Source: Sphyrna mokarran (lineage: Eukaryota). Taken from it: DNA of 64,000 bases. Made by a program: the position numbers and the translations under genes. The stretch spans positions 95,170,001 to 95,234,000 of the forward strand of contig JAGIQG010000008.1 in the NCBI GenBank assembly GCA_024679065.1, written 5' to 3'. Of this stretch, positions 11,508 through 25,343 are shown piece by piece (positions within the stretch are counted from its first letter, which is position 1; each line of letters opens with the position of its first letter). The notes beneath the pieces are model-generated. The model saw only the letters and a program-made list of their open reading frames with translations. It had not been told where the DNA came from and did not search any database.

Positions 11508-13089
11508 ATATCTCTACATATCCCTAATATATCCCTATTTCTGTACATCTATAATCCCAAGAAAAATCTCACCTTAAAATGCTATCATGAAACCTAAGTG
11601 AACAAAGGCTTAATGTGTTGTCAGTGTATAAGAATCCTTCCCTTTTTTTTAAGAAAAGATATTAAATGCTATTTTAAAACAGCAGAGTAATTTGATCAGG
11701 CAATTCACATTCGAACATTCTACACCCACTTTTCAAGGCACAGATCTATAATTCAATAGAAGGGAATTCCTTTTTGAAACAGCCATATCAGAGATAACCT
11801 GTGTGTTAAAGTAACTGATAACTGATCAAAATCCCATATTTTGTGTCAAAATTACATTCCTAATAAATATCGAGATACAGCATTTGATCATATAATAAAT
11901 AATTAATTGGCCGAAATGGATTGACATGTATTTCCAATAAATATTTCAAATCCAACATGAATTCAGAATTATATCAAGAGAAATAGAGGGATTTGAATTT
12001 ATAACTAAATGTATTCCTTATATAAACTGGCTCATACAATCAATGAAATAAACCCGTGAGTGGTGAAAGGATTATGGTTCAGTAACTATTAGAAGTTAAA
12101 TAAGCAAAACGCTCATTCATCATAGAAACAACTCAATATTAAGAGCTAATTTTATGTTAATAATTATAGTATAAATTGATATTTATGGTGTCATACTTAA
12201 CTCTTCACTTTATGGATATTGCAATCACGAACCTCTGTTGATATCAACTGAGAGAGGGGTGGGGTGAGGGTAAGGGTGATGATCAATCAGTATTCGATTA
12301 AATCATATTAATGTTGTACAAATACCAATCAGCACTTCTCTGAAAGGAATAGCTCATTTTATTACAGCATAAATTAAGGTGCTGAAGTGGAGGAATTAAA
12401 AAAAAGCTGTATGTTAAATCATTGAGAGAGATTTTAAAGATTCCAAGCCAATGATGTCCAAACAGTAGCTTGCCAGGCAGATCTCATTGTTACTTGGCCC
12501 TCAAGAGTCCTGCCTTCTGATCGCTTCACCGCAATAATCCACTTATCTGCCAGAGGGCTCACAGAACTTGGATTTTTAAATCGCAGACAATTCTTGCATC
12601 TTTGTCAAGTGGACACTACACTGGACTACACTTCCCACAGTATTGCCCTTCTGTTTTACATAAGAACATAGTTTTTGCTTTAGTTGGTGCCCGTCTCTGC
12701 AAACAACAATATTTCATTCTGCAGGATGAATATTCAGAATGGATCCTGTTTTTTGTGTGTGACTGGATAATCCCAGTATCTAAGAATGTGTTGAGCTTCC
12801 CATGATCACTAGATATTTTCCACTCCAAGTGAACATGATCATTTGTATGCCTGAACCTAAAAGAAAAATTCACAATGCCAATCCCTTGACTCCTGGAGGT
12901 GAGAGAGATCCTGAGGAGAGTTGGACATGGGTGGGGAGAGGGAGAACGAAGTGGGGGAGCCAAACCTTGCTGGATGGGGGGTGTGTTCCTGATCGCCAAA
13001 GGATGGGAGTGATGGGGGTGACCCCAAATTCCTACTTGAGGCCTTTAGCAGGCTTATTCCCCTAGCCTCAAAAATTGAGGGCTGGTGGG

Positions 13090-13252
13090 AATCATATAAT
13101 TCCTACAGTGTGAAGGTGGCCATTCAGTCTATAAAATCTGCACTGGCAACATTCCAACTCAGGCCCTATCCCTGCTGTAACCCAATGTACCTACCCCGCT
13201 GGTTTCCCAAACACTAAGGGGTAATTTACCATAGCAAATCAACCTAACCTAA
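13090..13252 (-). mobile_element. HE1-like SINE 3' fragment, tail type B
   Basis: Matches the tails of the 30150 and 53082 copies. Confidence 0.65.
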
Positions 13253-14322
13253 AAATCATTAAAACTATTAAACTTTTTAAGCATCAGGTATGTTTTATCT
13301 GTACTGAAAAACAATGGCTGGAATTTTCCAACTATTCAGACCAACAACAGCTTATAGTCCCACTGATGGCACATTCCTGCCGCGGGTTTCCCGGAAGCGT
13401 GGAGTACAGTGAATGGGAAATCCCACTGACAGAGATGGGAGCAGAAGCTCCCACCAACAGTGGATGACATGCTCTCTCCCACCAGGAAAAACGTGCTTCA
13501 GGGAGACCAGAAAATCCCCTGCTGTAGCTCCAAATTTGCTAAAGAAATATTCTTCACTATTTTCATCAGCTGTCTGAAGAGATAATTTGTTTAAACATTC
13601 AAAATCTTTATCATAGCTTAAATGAAATAAATTGGATATCTGTCCTAAACTTATTTATGTCTTCCAATCCTTCTGCCTTGACTTAATTTATAGAAATAAA
13701 CTGGTTTATGCTACCATCTAATATTTTATATAGCTTGATGACATTGCACTCATTAAGCACAATTTTTCTAGGCTGTAAAGAGACTGCATTTGATTACTTA
13801 CATCCTTTACACTTGCTATCGCCTTCTTATCTTTAAGTTTCTGTTTTATTAGGTTAACCCAGTGAGAAAGGGAAATATTTTTCACCAAGAACTGAAGTCA
13901 ATTTTGTCATGTTACTTCAAGGATTCAGTGGATCCAATCACAAATGATTGAGAAAACTCTCATGTGGATCCAACTCCACAGAACACCTTGTCAATTTGAA
14001 AAAGGAATTGGCATGGTTCTCAGTATAATTGTACCGTTGTGGGCTGGATATCTACTTTAAAGTATCAACAACCAGGTGACATTACTGCTAATTGTAAAAT
14101 GGAAAAATATGTTTTAAAATTCTAAATATCTATTATTAGCTGTGTTAGTTTAATTATTGCGCTGTTGAAAGTTGATTCTGATACAGACTTACTTCACACT
14201 TCTAACTCTGGAGTTATGCAGCGTTACAATAATGATTCATATAAGTTGGGTACCATACTGTCAGAGGAAGTTCTTAGAGGGTATCCATTGGGTTGTCTGA
14301 GGCATGTCCTTTGGTTACTCAC

Positions 14323-14556
14323 CCAAGATTTTGCTGATGTTTGAATTATGCATGTCTGGAAATGCCTGCAGTATCTTCCTGCGTTCGTCCTTTGCCCACA
14401 CCATGAACGCATTCATTGGTCGTTTGATGTGCGGCTCATTGTTGCTGCGACCCCTGGTTTCTCTGTAAACCCGTGCCTCCGTCACCGTAGTGCTTCCTGT
14501 TGGCCAACAATAATACTGCTGTAGTTTAGCTGGAGACCCATTCATTGCCTTACTCC
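14323..14556 (-). CDS. SOX6: SOX6 exon encoding the N-terminal half of the HMG box (...[39 protein letters not shown])
   Basis: ORF 14315-14599. tttcag|GG acceptor, G|gtgagt donor, 234 nt (phase 1 to 1). RPMNAFMVW is the SOX signature. Confidence 0.98.
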
Positions 14557-15444
14557 CTGAAACATTGGAGCAGGAAGAAAAGAGAGCAACACAGTACATT
14601 AATTTTATTTAGCATGCGCAGAGCATACAGGATAAATTGATTTCACTTTGCATGGGCTCAGAGAGCCGTGTTTATTGTGCAGTGAAATCTAGTGTAGCAT
14701 TCAGCTGACAGTATCCATCAACACAGGGCAATCTGCTGACTGCTGGGCCAGATGAAGGCATCCATTACCCCAGCAGTGAAATGCTAGTTCAGACATGACA
14801 GCTAGTGTCTGTTCCTCAGGATCAGCTCAGAAATTTATGATGCCCCAGTGCCATTGCTTTCTGATTGACACTCTTTTAGCAGAATAAATATGCTTGTGTG
14901 CATACATAAATGTTCAACCTTTATTCTCGCATGTCAGAATATGTTGAGTCATCAGATTCCTGCACCTTTACCAAGATCAGTGCACGGTTTTCTTGTGCAA
15001 CGGGGGCCTCAGAGAGCGAATGCTCAGATCTCTTTTGGCACCAACAACATTGTTCGGTGTGTCAGGGCTGAGTATTACTGAGTGACAATTTGATGAGCTG
15101 GAGAGAGCTACAAGTTCAAGTTCAGCTCAATCTGAAATTGCTGCATTCTTGACACTAATTCAAAAGGCTCTCTAATCTAATGAAGGTGCACCTTCAGGTT
15201 TGTAAGCCATGCTTCACAAGCAGAAATCGTAATGCCAGGACACCTTCTAGTAACTAAGCTGGAATGAACTATTGTTTAATATGTTTGATTAAGAGCGAGA
15301 ATAAATGAATTCGGCCTGGCATTCTTGTTAATCCTCATTTTCCCCTCACACCACTTTCTGCCCATTCTCTGTGGAATTGCATTCTAGATGAATTTTTATT
15401 ATGTTACTTGTGAAATGAATTACAATATTTTAAATATTTGATTT

Positions 15445-15637
15445 TGATTTGATTTATTATTGTCACATGTATTAGTATTTCGTGAAAAGTATTGTTTCTT
15501 GTATACTATACAAAACATACCATACATAGGGAAGGAAAGGAGAGCATGCAGAATGTAGTGTTATAGTCATAGCTAGGGTGTAGAGAAAGATCAACTTAGA
15601 GTAAGGTACTTCAAAAGTCTGATGACAGCAGGGAAAC
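15445..15637 (-). mobile_element. 3' end of Rex1/Babar-like LINE
   Basis: Matches 45645-45840 directly and 44620-44835 in reverse. Confidence 0.7.
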
Positions 15638-15899
15638 ATTGTATTTGCAATACAAGTGTATTTTCATTAAACATGTGTTCATTACAGGAGAGATCTGCTG
15701 CAATATCCTTAAATAACCTTGCAATATAAAGCATTAAGCAGGGGATCCGTTGTTCAGCCATCAGCTGGTTTCTGTCTTGGAATGATATTGCCTTTTTAAT
15801 TATAATTTCAAATCCATAATTTTCAAATCTAATAATTCATTATGTGATTATAGTCTATCATTCAGTTTTCATCCATCTCAAGTTTAAAAGATTAACTCT

Positions 15900-17085
15900 G
15901 GGAGCACAGCAGCAAAGTGGCTGTGTTACTGATGTAGCAATCCTTAGGCCTGGACTAATGTACTAGAAACATGAGTTCTTATCGCTATCAAAGCAACTGG
16001 GGAATCAGAATCTGGAACATCCGTAATGAAAACCATGAAACTACTGGGATTTTGTAAAAGCCCTTTGGTATACTTCAGGGAAGAAAAGGTCCTGTCCTTA
16101 GCCAGTCTGATCTATACATGACACCAGACCTACATCAATTTGATTGAATCTTAACTGTCCTTTGAAATGACCAAGGAAGCTGCTCAGTTATCTTCAAGAG
16201 AGTGTTCACTACCATCTTCCCAAAGGCAAGTAGTAATGGGAAATAATGAGTTGTGATCTAATTGAAATATAAAAAAAAACCTTAAAAGGGCTTGTCAGGG
16301 TTAATGGTGAAAAAATGTTTCCCGTAGCTGAGGAACCTAGAACCTGAGGGAGGGGGAGTCATCGTCTCAGGATGAGGGGCTGGACTTATTAGGACTGATT
16401 AGCAACTGAGGAGATTAGGAATTCCAATTAGGACTGAGATGTGGAGAAACATCTTCACTCAAAAAGTTGAGAGTCTTTGAAATTCTCTACTCCTGAGAGC
16501 TGCAGATGCTAAATAGTTGAGCATACTCTAGACAGAGTTCGATAATTTTTGAGTTTGAAGAAAATTAAACGATATGGCAAGGAAAGTGGAGTTGAGGTAA
16601 GGTTGCCAACCCTTTAGGATAGGCCTGGAGTCCCCAGGAATTGAAGATCAATCTCCAGTGAACTGCTGTCTACATTTCTGGGAAAGAAAATCATCAGGAC
16701 ATCAAAAAAGATTGGAGTATTTTTGTCATTTTCTTTGAACGTTTCCTTTTATCAGAATTAAAAATATTGAAAATTGGAATATTGGCTGTCCAATTGGATA
16801 ATGAATCTTTTTGCTTTCAAGGCAGCGTTGGAAGGCAACATGTCTCAAGGATGGGTGTTTTGACCCATTAATGGCTGGAACATAGAGACAAGTCATGTAA
16901 TTACATCTCCAGCAATACATGTTAATCATAACTGGCAACCCTAAGTTAATGTGAAAGATCAGGGATCATCTTCTTGAAACACTGAGCAAACCAGAAGGGG
17001 CCAAATGATTTTCTGTTACTCCTATTTCTTATAATAAATGCTGGCCTTGCCAGTGCTGTTCACATCTCAAGGATTAATTCTTTTT
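15900..17085 (+). mobile_element. Nested composite: SINE (15900-16246 + 17034-17085) interrupted by a CR1 3' fragment, itself interrupted by a MITE
   Basis: The SINE halves are collinear with the intact copy at 35265-35620. CR1-like ORF2 end and 3' UTR at ~16250-16597 and 16944-17033. Confidence 0.65.
16598..16943. mobile_element. hAT-type non-autonomous DNA transposon (MITE)
   Basis: Terminal inverted repeats TAAGGTTGCCA ... TGGCAACCCTA, flanked by a degenerate 8-bp duplication agttgagg/agttaatg (6 of 8). Confidence 0.7.
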
Positions 17086-17324
17086 AAAATGTTGAATATG
17101 AACATTAAAAAAATGCACAGCACAGAGGCTATATGACACGATGAATTCTGAAAGTATCCCCAAGTAAATACTGAACTGGAGGCAACTTTCGGAATTTGCG
17201 CCCCTCTCTCAGAAGCAGAAATGTAACTACGTAGCTAACATGATTTTCCATCCAAAATCACATCCAAATTCTCAATATGCAATCCAGCAGCTGAGGTTAT
17301 AGACCAGAAATTTTAGACTTTAAA

Positions 17325-17603
17325 ATGTATTTATTAAAGTCACAGGTAGGCTTACATTAACACTGCAATGAAATTACTATGAAAATTCCCTAGTTGCCAC
17401 ACTTTGGCACCTGTTCAGGTACACTGTAGGAGAATTTATCATGGCCAATGCACCTAATCAGCATGTCTTTCAGAATGTGAGAGGAAATCCACGCAGGCAT
17501 GAGGAGAAAGTGCAGATTCTGCACAGGCAGTGACCTAAGATGGGAATCAAACCCAGGTCCTTGGCGCTGTGAGGCAGCAGTCCTAACCACTGTGCCACTG
17601 TGC
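17325..17603 (-). mobile_element. HE1-like SINE, tail type A
   Basis: Full head-to-tail match to the 11213 copy. Confidence 0.85.
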
Positions 17604-18559
17604 AAGCATGCACTCGTACATTTATCCCTTACAGATGATCTAATAAAAACTGAACTTCAAGGTTACGCTGCAGAAGAACTCGACAAAGGTTTGTTTAGGT
17701 CCACTGCTCCCATTTTACACTGAACAATCTTACACATTATGTGTTGTGGAAGAAAATGGGAATTAAAGCTGTTCATTGGAGGATGATGATGCAGCTTAGA
17801 ACTGATCAAATTTGAGCCAATTGAATTTCTATTGAGATTCTCCCAATTATCCACCATAATTTGGACAGAAAAGTATGGTAAAATGGCATCAATGATGTTT
17901 ATGTTATTCCTACAGGCTTCTAAGATCTTATTAAAATAATGGCAGTCGGGAGACACCCAGTGGAAATTCAACACCAACATGCATAGATACAAATAACATA
18001 ACTCAGTTAAAGTCCTTCTCTTCCTTTTCACTAAAGCACTCATTCCTTGTCAGGAGGGAAAAACCATGTTATACACTTTCTGCTCAAACTCCTTATTTTA
18101 AATGACAGCCTTGTCAACCACATCCTTCCTATCAATTGATACAAACCTCAAAGGAAAAGGTTGGTGACCATAGCAGCCATTGTTAGTTCAAATTGTGCAG
18201 ACACAATGGAAAATGTAACTTTCCACAGCAAAACACCAACATGAAAGCAAAAATTGGAAAAATCAAAATCGCGGAGGAATAAGATGATTTGGGGGTTAGC
18301 TTATAAACTTTAGTGATATCAATCAATCACTGAGGGTTGGCTTCTGCCTCTGAATGTCCAAAGCTATATATGCTATATGACATGAATTCTTCATTGGGAA
18401 TTCTGCATATGAAACACAGGTTTGTCAGGAATTTGAAATTCGCTCGTAGTTTTAATTCACAAAACCCCAAGTTTCAAAGCCTTTGAGCAAGCATTTTGAT
18501 ATATTGTGCAGGAGGCCTGAGAGTTTAAATGTCCATAAACTTTAGTTTTAGTCTATTAA

Positions 18560-18847
18560 TTATTGTTTATTTATTGCTGTCACAAGTAGGCTCACATTAA
18601 CACTGCAATGCAGTTACTGTGAAAATCCCCTAGTTGCCACACTCTGGTGCATGTTATGCTGCACTGAGAGAGAATTTAGCATGGCCAATGCACCTAGCCA
18701 GCACATATTTTGAACTGTGGAAAGAAACCAGAGCACCCGAAGAAAACAATGCAGACATGAGGAGAATGTGCAGACTCTGCACAGATAGTGACTCAAGCGA
18801 GGACTCAAGCCCTCGTCCTTGGCGCTGTGAGGCAGAATGCTAACCAA
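18560..18847 (-). mobile_element. HE1-like SINE, tail type A
   Basis: Match to the other copies. Confidence 0.85.
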
Positions 18848-21800
18848 TGGCCTGCAGCTGTTATTCTCTGGTCCCACCGCAGTGAATAGGGTTTTGGCTG
18901 AGCACCAGATTCTCCATTCTCGCTGGTAGTGGGGCGGGAGTGAATGAGATTGGAGAATCTGTCCCTAGTGTTTAATCACACCTGACTAAACAGATCTTGT
19001 CATCAAAATTTCTTATAGGCAATTATTTCACATTTATTGATTAACAGCCTGGTTTGAGGCACAGGAACACTCTGTGACCTACAAACCTGAAACCAAGGTT
19101 TTCTGGTTCAGAAGCAGCAGTGTTACCAATGGAGCTGCAGGCTCCTCCCTGACAATATGAAACATCTTACTATATGAACCCTATTACACTTAGTAATTGT
19201 AAACATTTCTATCAGACCACTTTTCAAATCATCTCTTTTCTACAAAAAAAAGAGTCCCAGCCTGTTCAGCTTTGCCTGATAGTTATGTGGGAGTGAGGTG
19301 TGTTTTCAAGTAATAGCTTGTAACAATTCTAGACTGTTGCAGACACAGTGATCATCAGATAGTTAAGGATAGATTGGCTGTGGGTCCTTTTAAGGTTTCG
19401 CTAAAAATGAATTTGAATTTAAATAGAAAATGCAGTTATAGGAATTTAGATATATTGTCCTTGATTAAACAGGCACTAGAAAGGCATTTGATGAAGTAGG
19501 TTTTACGCACTCCTGCAGTGTGTACTGACATGTCTGTATTATCTATAGTCACATGCATGCCTGTGATATCTAAAACTATTCAATCATTTTGTGATTGCAA
19601 AACAGGCTCCAGTTGTTCTCACAATGTTTTAACCTCTTGAATGCTGCAATTTCTAAGTAGCAATATAATGCAGCACTTTGAGATTCTATTGATATAAAGC
19701 TGAATAATAGAGACAAATGCACAGAGTGTCATAAATTACTTTCCCCAATATTGGCTGAATAATCAAGGATGGGGTGCTGGTTAGCTCAGTTGGTTAGATG
19801 GCTGGTATGTGGATTAGATTAACGGCAACGGTATGGGATTTGACACCAGCTCTGGCTGAGGCCCTGCCTCTTCTCCCTACCTGTAGTAAAATGTTACAGC
19901 ATTTCGCTATGGTTTGCCAAATAATCACTAAGGACGGAATAAGAAATCTAGAGTAGCAGCTCCCTGCAACACAATGCTCTGATCAAATATTTGGGTAAGT
20001 ATTAAAACTTGAAGTTGAAATAATGCTGCACAGTAGAAAGAACAAAAGCCAACTCGCAACCTCAAAGTCCTTTGGCCTCTGTTTTGATGGAACCATTAAA
20101 ATACTGAATAAGGGAGGTTTACACAGATTAATGCGTTCATGGCTAATATTGCACTGCACAATTTCAACCCAATGACTTTATAACTGGTGGTTAAAGTAGA
20201 GCAGAAATTCCTGGCATGGTTTCAAGGATTATAATTATCCAACATTGTGACCCACTTTAACGTCAAATTTTATAACCTTCACTTGAAATACTTTACAGCC
20301 TTCAAAATCACGACAAGTTATCCATCACTGTCAGTAAATTAAAAATTAATTGTGTTCTGATGGCACGCAGATTTGCTTCCATTTAATTAGAGCTGTGTTG
20401 TTCAACAGCAGTATTAACATACAAGGATTAACAATCGTGATGGCACCCAATATATATATAAAACATATACATCCATTGAGAAATAACCTACAGCAAATTA
20501 ATTTGAAATTCTATCCAGTCTACATTGGGCAAGAGTAGCCCTCGCACACAGTTTACAATATTACATCACCAGCTTTATGATAATTATTTGAACTGTATTA
20601 CTGATTTGAAATGAACATGGATGACGTTAAAAAGAATACTCTTCCTCTTTTCATAAGTTGTAATTGAATGGTCCATTGACAGGTACAAATTGCTAATATT
20701 TCAGGGTCAGGTAATGGGGATTTTTAGTTCAAGCACATATGTAAACAAGAATGTTTGACAGGCACATTATCCATTTGATAAGTCTTTGAGAGCATAATTT
20801 ACTTTAGAATTTGATTTACAGTGCGTGCTTACATTGCGGTAACTCTGCGAGGATACTTTTGAACAGTTCCTCACGGGGACAATAAATATAAATGTCCTTA
20901 AAACTGTAGTGCCTAATCACACCTGTCTAAAGCAGGCCCACACTTGAAACAGTTGAGATATGCAGCCAAACACCAAACCTCACCACTTGATCTTTAACTA
21001 TGTCTTTGTGCCACAGCAGACAGGCTGTCACAAAGGAATCCACTGTGTGAAATGGGCTCCTGCAAAGAATTAGCACTCACGCAAACATTGTATGTTCAGC
21101 TTCAGGACACAATGTAATGAGAGAAGAGGGGAATTTAAAGAATATAAACAACTATACTTCGAAGAAAATGATTTAATCTGAGTTTCAGAATACAAGTGAC
21201 CTCTATTCTCTACTGTGGTTATGTTGCAGGTACCTTTTCACACTGAAACATGCATTTAAATAGTATAAGCTAACAGCAGTGTATTATATTGCATTGCGCT
21301 CTGTCAAGTAAAAAGCAAACCTCTGCATAAATATAATTAAATGTATTTGCAAAGCTCTGCTCTGGAATATTGAAATCCTGGAATTTCTAATAGGACAGTC
21401 ACTTTTTTTTCTGACATGAGAGGTTTAAAGGTGATCCATGGTCATTTTCAAACTGCTAAGCCAATTTACTGAGACTACTTATTATTTATAGTTTAATAGC
21501 ATATAGGAGATCCAAGAAGAGTAAGGTAATTAAAATTAAAGAGAAGAGATCAATTCAAGAGAAGTGTTAAAATCAGAGGTGGCAGGCAACATTTTGAAAG
21601 TCATTGAAGAAAAGGCTCAGAAGGTCTTTCAATCCTTTGTCAAGAGGGGACAAGGGCGAGACTAGGAATTCATAGATACATATACAGGGAATGAAAACCC
21701 AAGATACAGGCACAAGTCTGCAGGGAAATGATGGAACAGGTCAGTGAGTGTGCAGTATGTGAGCATTTGGGGTAGTGGAGGTGGTACCTCATGAGATATC

Positions 21801-24800
21801 CATTTCATCACCATAGGTGAACATTGCATCATGTCTAAAGATGATGAACCAACTAATTCACCAATGCCTTTCAAAGAAAAGAACTTGTTACCATTGCTGA
21901 GTTTGGCTAAATTGGACTCCAGCCCCATACTGTTTGGTTAACTCCTAATGACTTTAGAAAAATTGGGAATAGTAATAGAAACAGTATTCTCTTAACCCAC
22001 AGCCCAAGAAGAGATAATACCAAGCCTAAAATCATAGAAAATGCCTAATTGTCACCAAATAGGCTACAGTTAAACAGCTCAGATTGCACTGTAACTGCAT
22101 GAAGAAGCACAGAACTAGATGTTGAGTGCTATGTCTGCTCAACCTCAGTTGAATGTGAGGCAGTGAGGAGCAGAAAACATAGCAGGGAACCATTCTAACA
22201 TCCCCTGTCATGTACAAGATCTTGCACTCAAAGTTACAGCAGATGTTGTGTGAACCAGCACACATATTGGCAGGCTCATTCTGCTGATAAATTGATAAGG
22301 GATATGTGCAATGTATTGCTCATAATTAACATCCATGCGATACTAGATTACATATGGCACAGAAAGAGGACGTTTGGTCCAATCAGTCCATGCTGAGGTT
22401 TATGCTTCACTTAAGCCTCCCTCCTGTTTGATCTCATCCAAATTTATCATTATATCCCTCAAATCCCTTTCTGACCTTTTTCCGAACTGAATCTGTAACT
22501 ATTTGCTTCAACCTATGACAATGAGTTCCACGTTCTTACCATTCTTTGGATGATGAAGAATCCAAATGAGATTTCTTGGTGATTATCTTATTTTGATGGT
22601 CTCCTCTTATGACACTTTGAAGGTGATTGAGGCATCTGGAGGGTGGGTGGGGCTACTGTGTTGTGGATAGGGAATTAGAAGTTGATGGACTACCTTGTCT
22701 GGCCAAAGGATTCTTTTTGAAGAAGTCATGTCTTTTGCATTCCTATGAGCAACAATGGAAATGTCCCCAACACCTCTACTGCAATTAAAATAATACAATC
22801 TCAGGAAAGTATCCCCTGAAGAAAGAAGATTGATGATGAATCTCCTGGAACTCTCTTGTGGCTGGAAGGTGGACCACCTCAATGATGCTGAAGCTGGAAG
22901 ATTCACCTGAAAGATGCCCCCCAGTTTATCAAAACTACTAAAGTTCCATCCCAATACCAGTGAAAGTGGGAATCATCAGCTGATGTAGGTGGCATTATTC
23001 TCCTCCATCAAATTAAATATTATGTTGAAAAAGCCCAATGCAACTCTTTCTTTCCTCTGGAGGAGGATTCACTTTAAGCAAGATGTCATGCACATATGAT
23101 TTGTAACCATCTCAAAACATAGCTGGCGCATCCCAACTAAAATATTTGTGTTTATTTCAAGTCACAATGTATCATTTACAAAGCTTTAGTATAAACTTAC
23201 CTATGAGTCAAAGTCTGATTTCTATCGTTTATTTAGGTTTTGTTCCAGGGATTTTATTTTTCAAAAGCTTTCAAGTTGCAGTCTTTAAAAAAGAACCCAC
23301 ACATGCATGCTTAATCGGCTTCCACTTGAATCATAATATAACATTTTCAAATGATGGAAAGCAGTAATTAAGAATTAAAATATTGATTAATAAACAGTTG
23401 AATTTTTGAGCAGCCTGCACGCAATTGAGGGGAAGCTAACTGCGCCCTAAGTAATTACTATGGCATCTTTGGGTTATGTACAAGTTATGACTGCCTGGGC
23501 TCTGTGTTTTGCCATTCACTGTTCCTAAGGGTCACTCCACAGTCTAAATGGCCCACTAAAATTGTAGCATTGAAAGCTGTGGTTAAGTGAATCACCCAAA
23601 GTCAAACTGACCCATAGGCAGCAGTAACATTCCCTTTCTAATCCTCGATTCACGCTGAGTTAGTTGATCTCCTCCTGGGTGGCACCAGGTCAGCATAATT
23701 GAGGAGGAGGAGAAAACAAAATCAGCCAAGAATTCCCAGTATTAATTGTTGCCAATGACCCCTGGATGAAAGCCTGTGTGTTTATAAAAATTATAGGGTG
23801 AGCGCTGAATCAGGAAAGCTTGTGATGATTCTCATAATTGAACTGCTTGCTAGTGCTCATTACCCAGGCCCACGGTGCAGATGCACCACCTAAGAAAGAT
23901 TCTGGGCGACTGGCAGCTGTAAACGCCACGCGATGATGGGCACCTTCAGGACAGGAGAGGAATGAGCAGCGCCTTCAAATTTTATAAAGAGGGAACAATT
24001 GTGGAACTGTAATGAAGCACGTCAGGTAATAAGTTAGCCACGCCATGCAGCCAGCCAAGAACAAAGCCAGGCTTTGTTCTTTAAACAACTAGGCATATGT
24101 TGAATACTATTTCCTCATTGTTACATTCAGAGGATAAAAAGAAACCTTTCGATTTCAAAGGTTTGCCCTCCAAACTGCAATCAACAGGCTTGATTGTTGA
24201 GCATGTTAAAGAATTCCCCTCCTTATGAATTCTTAGACAGGGGAAACTTGAACCATCAATTCAAAGCTGAGGGGAAAAAAAAGAGTTATTATTGCCAACT
24301 CCATATGGAGTCAATTCTAACATAATGGATAATCAGTCCCTTCTAATATTGTTGCAAACCACGTTCGGATTAGTCCACTTCCTGCTTATATGTCTTGTGT
24401 TCTTATCCTCATACCCTCCTGACAAAGTAAGCTAAAACAAACACACGACCCAGTCAGTATAGGAGCTGCAAATCCACCACAAGAGAGAACAAAAGGCTTC
24501 ACTGAAGCCTTTGTGGTATCTGCTGATGTTTTACATCTGAGCATTTTTTTGTTAAAAAAAAGGGACTGAGAGATTGTGGGGAGAATTGATGCAAACGCAC
24601 GGATGACTAAACCTAAAGGAAAATTTTAGTCTTCCCATTTGACCACAGTCACTCTGTGCGATAACTGTTCCACTGTTTCACCTACATGCTATCTAAAGTT
24701 TAAATTCTTGTCCAGAAATATTTATCTTTGTTCCTGGTGTAACTTTTCAACATTTACTGTTCCTTGCCTTTTCTTTCTAAACTACCATGGTAACTGTTAC

Positions 24801-25049
24801 AAATATTTATGCGTGTACAACTGTTGGCGCGGTAGGAATTGTTTCTCTTTGCAGTTACAGATGAGAAGCACAAAAGTAGATGTTGCAATGTCATGCAAGC
24901 ACTACCCACAGTTTACACCTAAGTGCTGCAGGAGGTTAAATAAGTTACATTATAGCTGGAATTTGCTGTCCATGGTTTCCAGCATTTTAATTCAAACCAA
25001 TGAATTCAGGAGTAGCAATCTGACAAAACTAAAACATGGCTTTTTAAGA

Positions 25050-25343
25050 GAAACCCTGCAGGGCAGAAGGAAGCCACTTGGTCCATCAGATCCACACTGG
25101 CAACAATCCCACCCAGGCCCTATACCCATATTTACCCAGTTAATCCCTCCAACCTATGCATCCCAGGACACCAGCATGGCTAGTACATCTAACCCACACA
25201 GCTTTGGACTAGGGAAGGAAAACCTGAGCACCCAGAGGAAACTGACACAGTCAAAAAGAGAATGTGCAAGCTTCACACAGGCAGTGACCCAAACTGGAAA
25301 TCGAACCCGGGTCCCTGGAATTATGAAGCAGCAGTGCTAACCA
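25050..25343 (-). mobile_element. HE1-like SINE, tail type B
   Basis: Same head as type A; tail matches 30150 and 53082. Confidence 0.8.

Noticed and set aside
24639-25340. 233-aa plus-strand ORF
   Set aside because: TTG start, no recognisable domain, and its 3' part is the antisense reading of a SINE.
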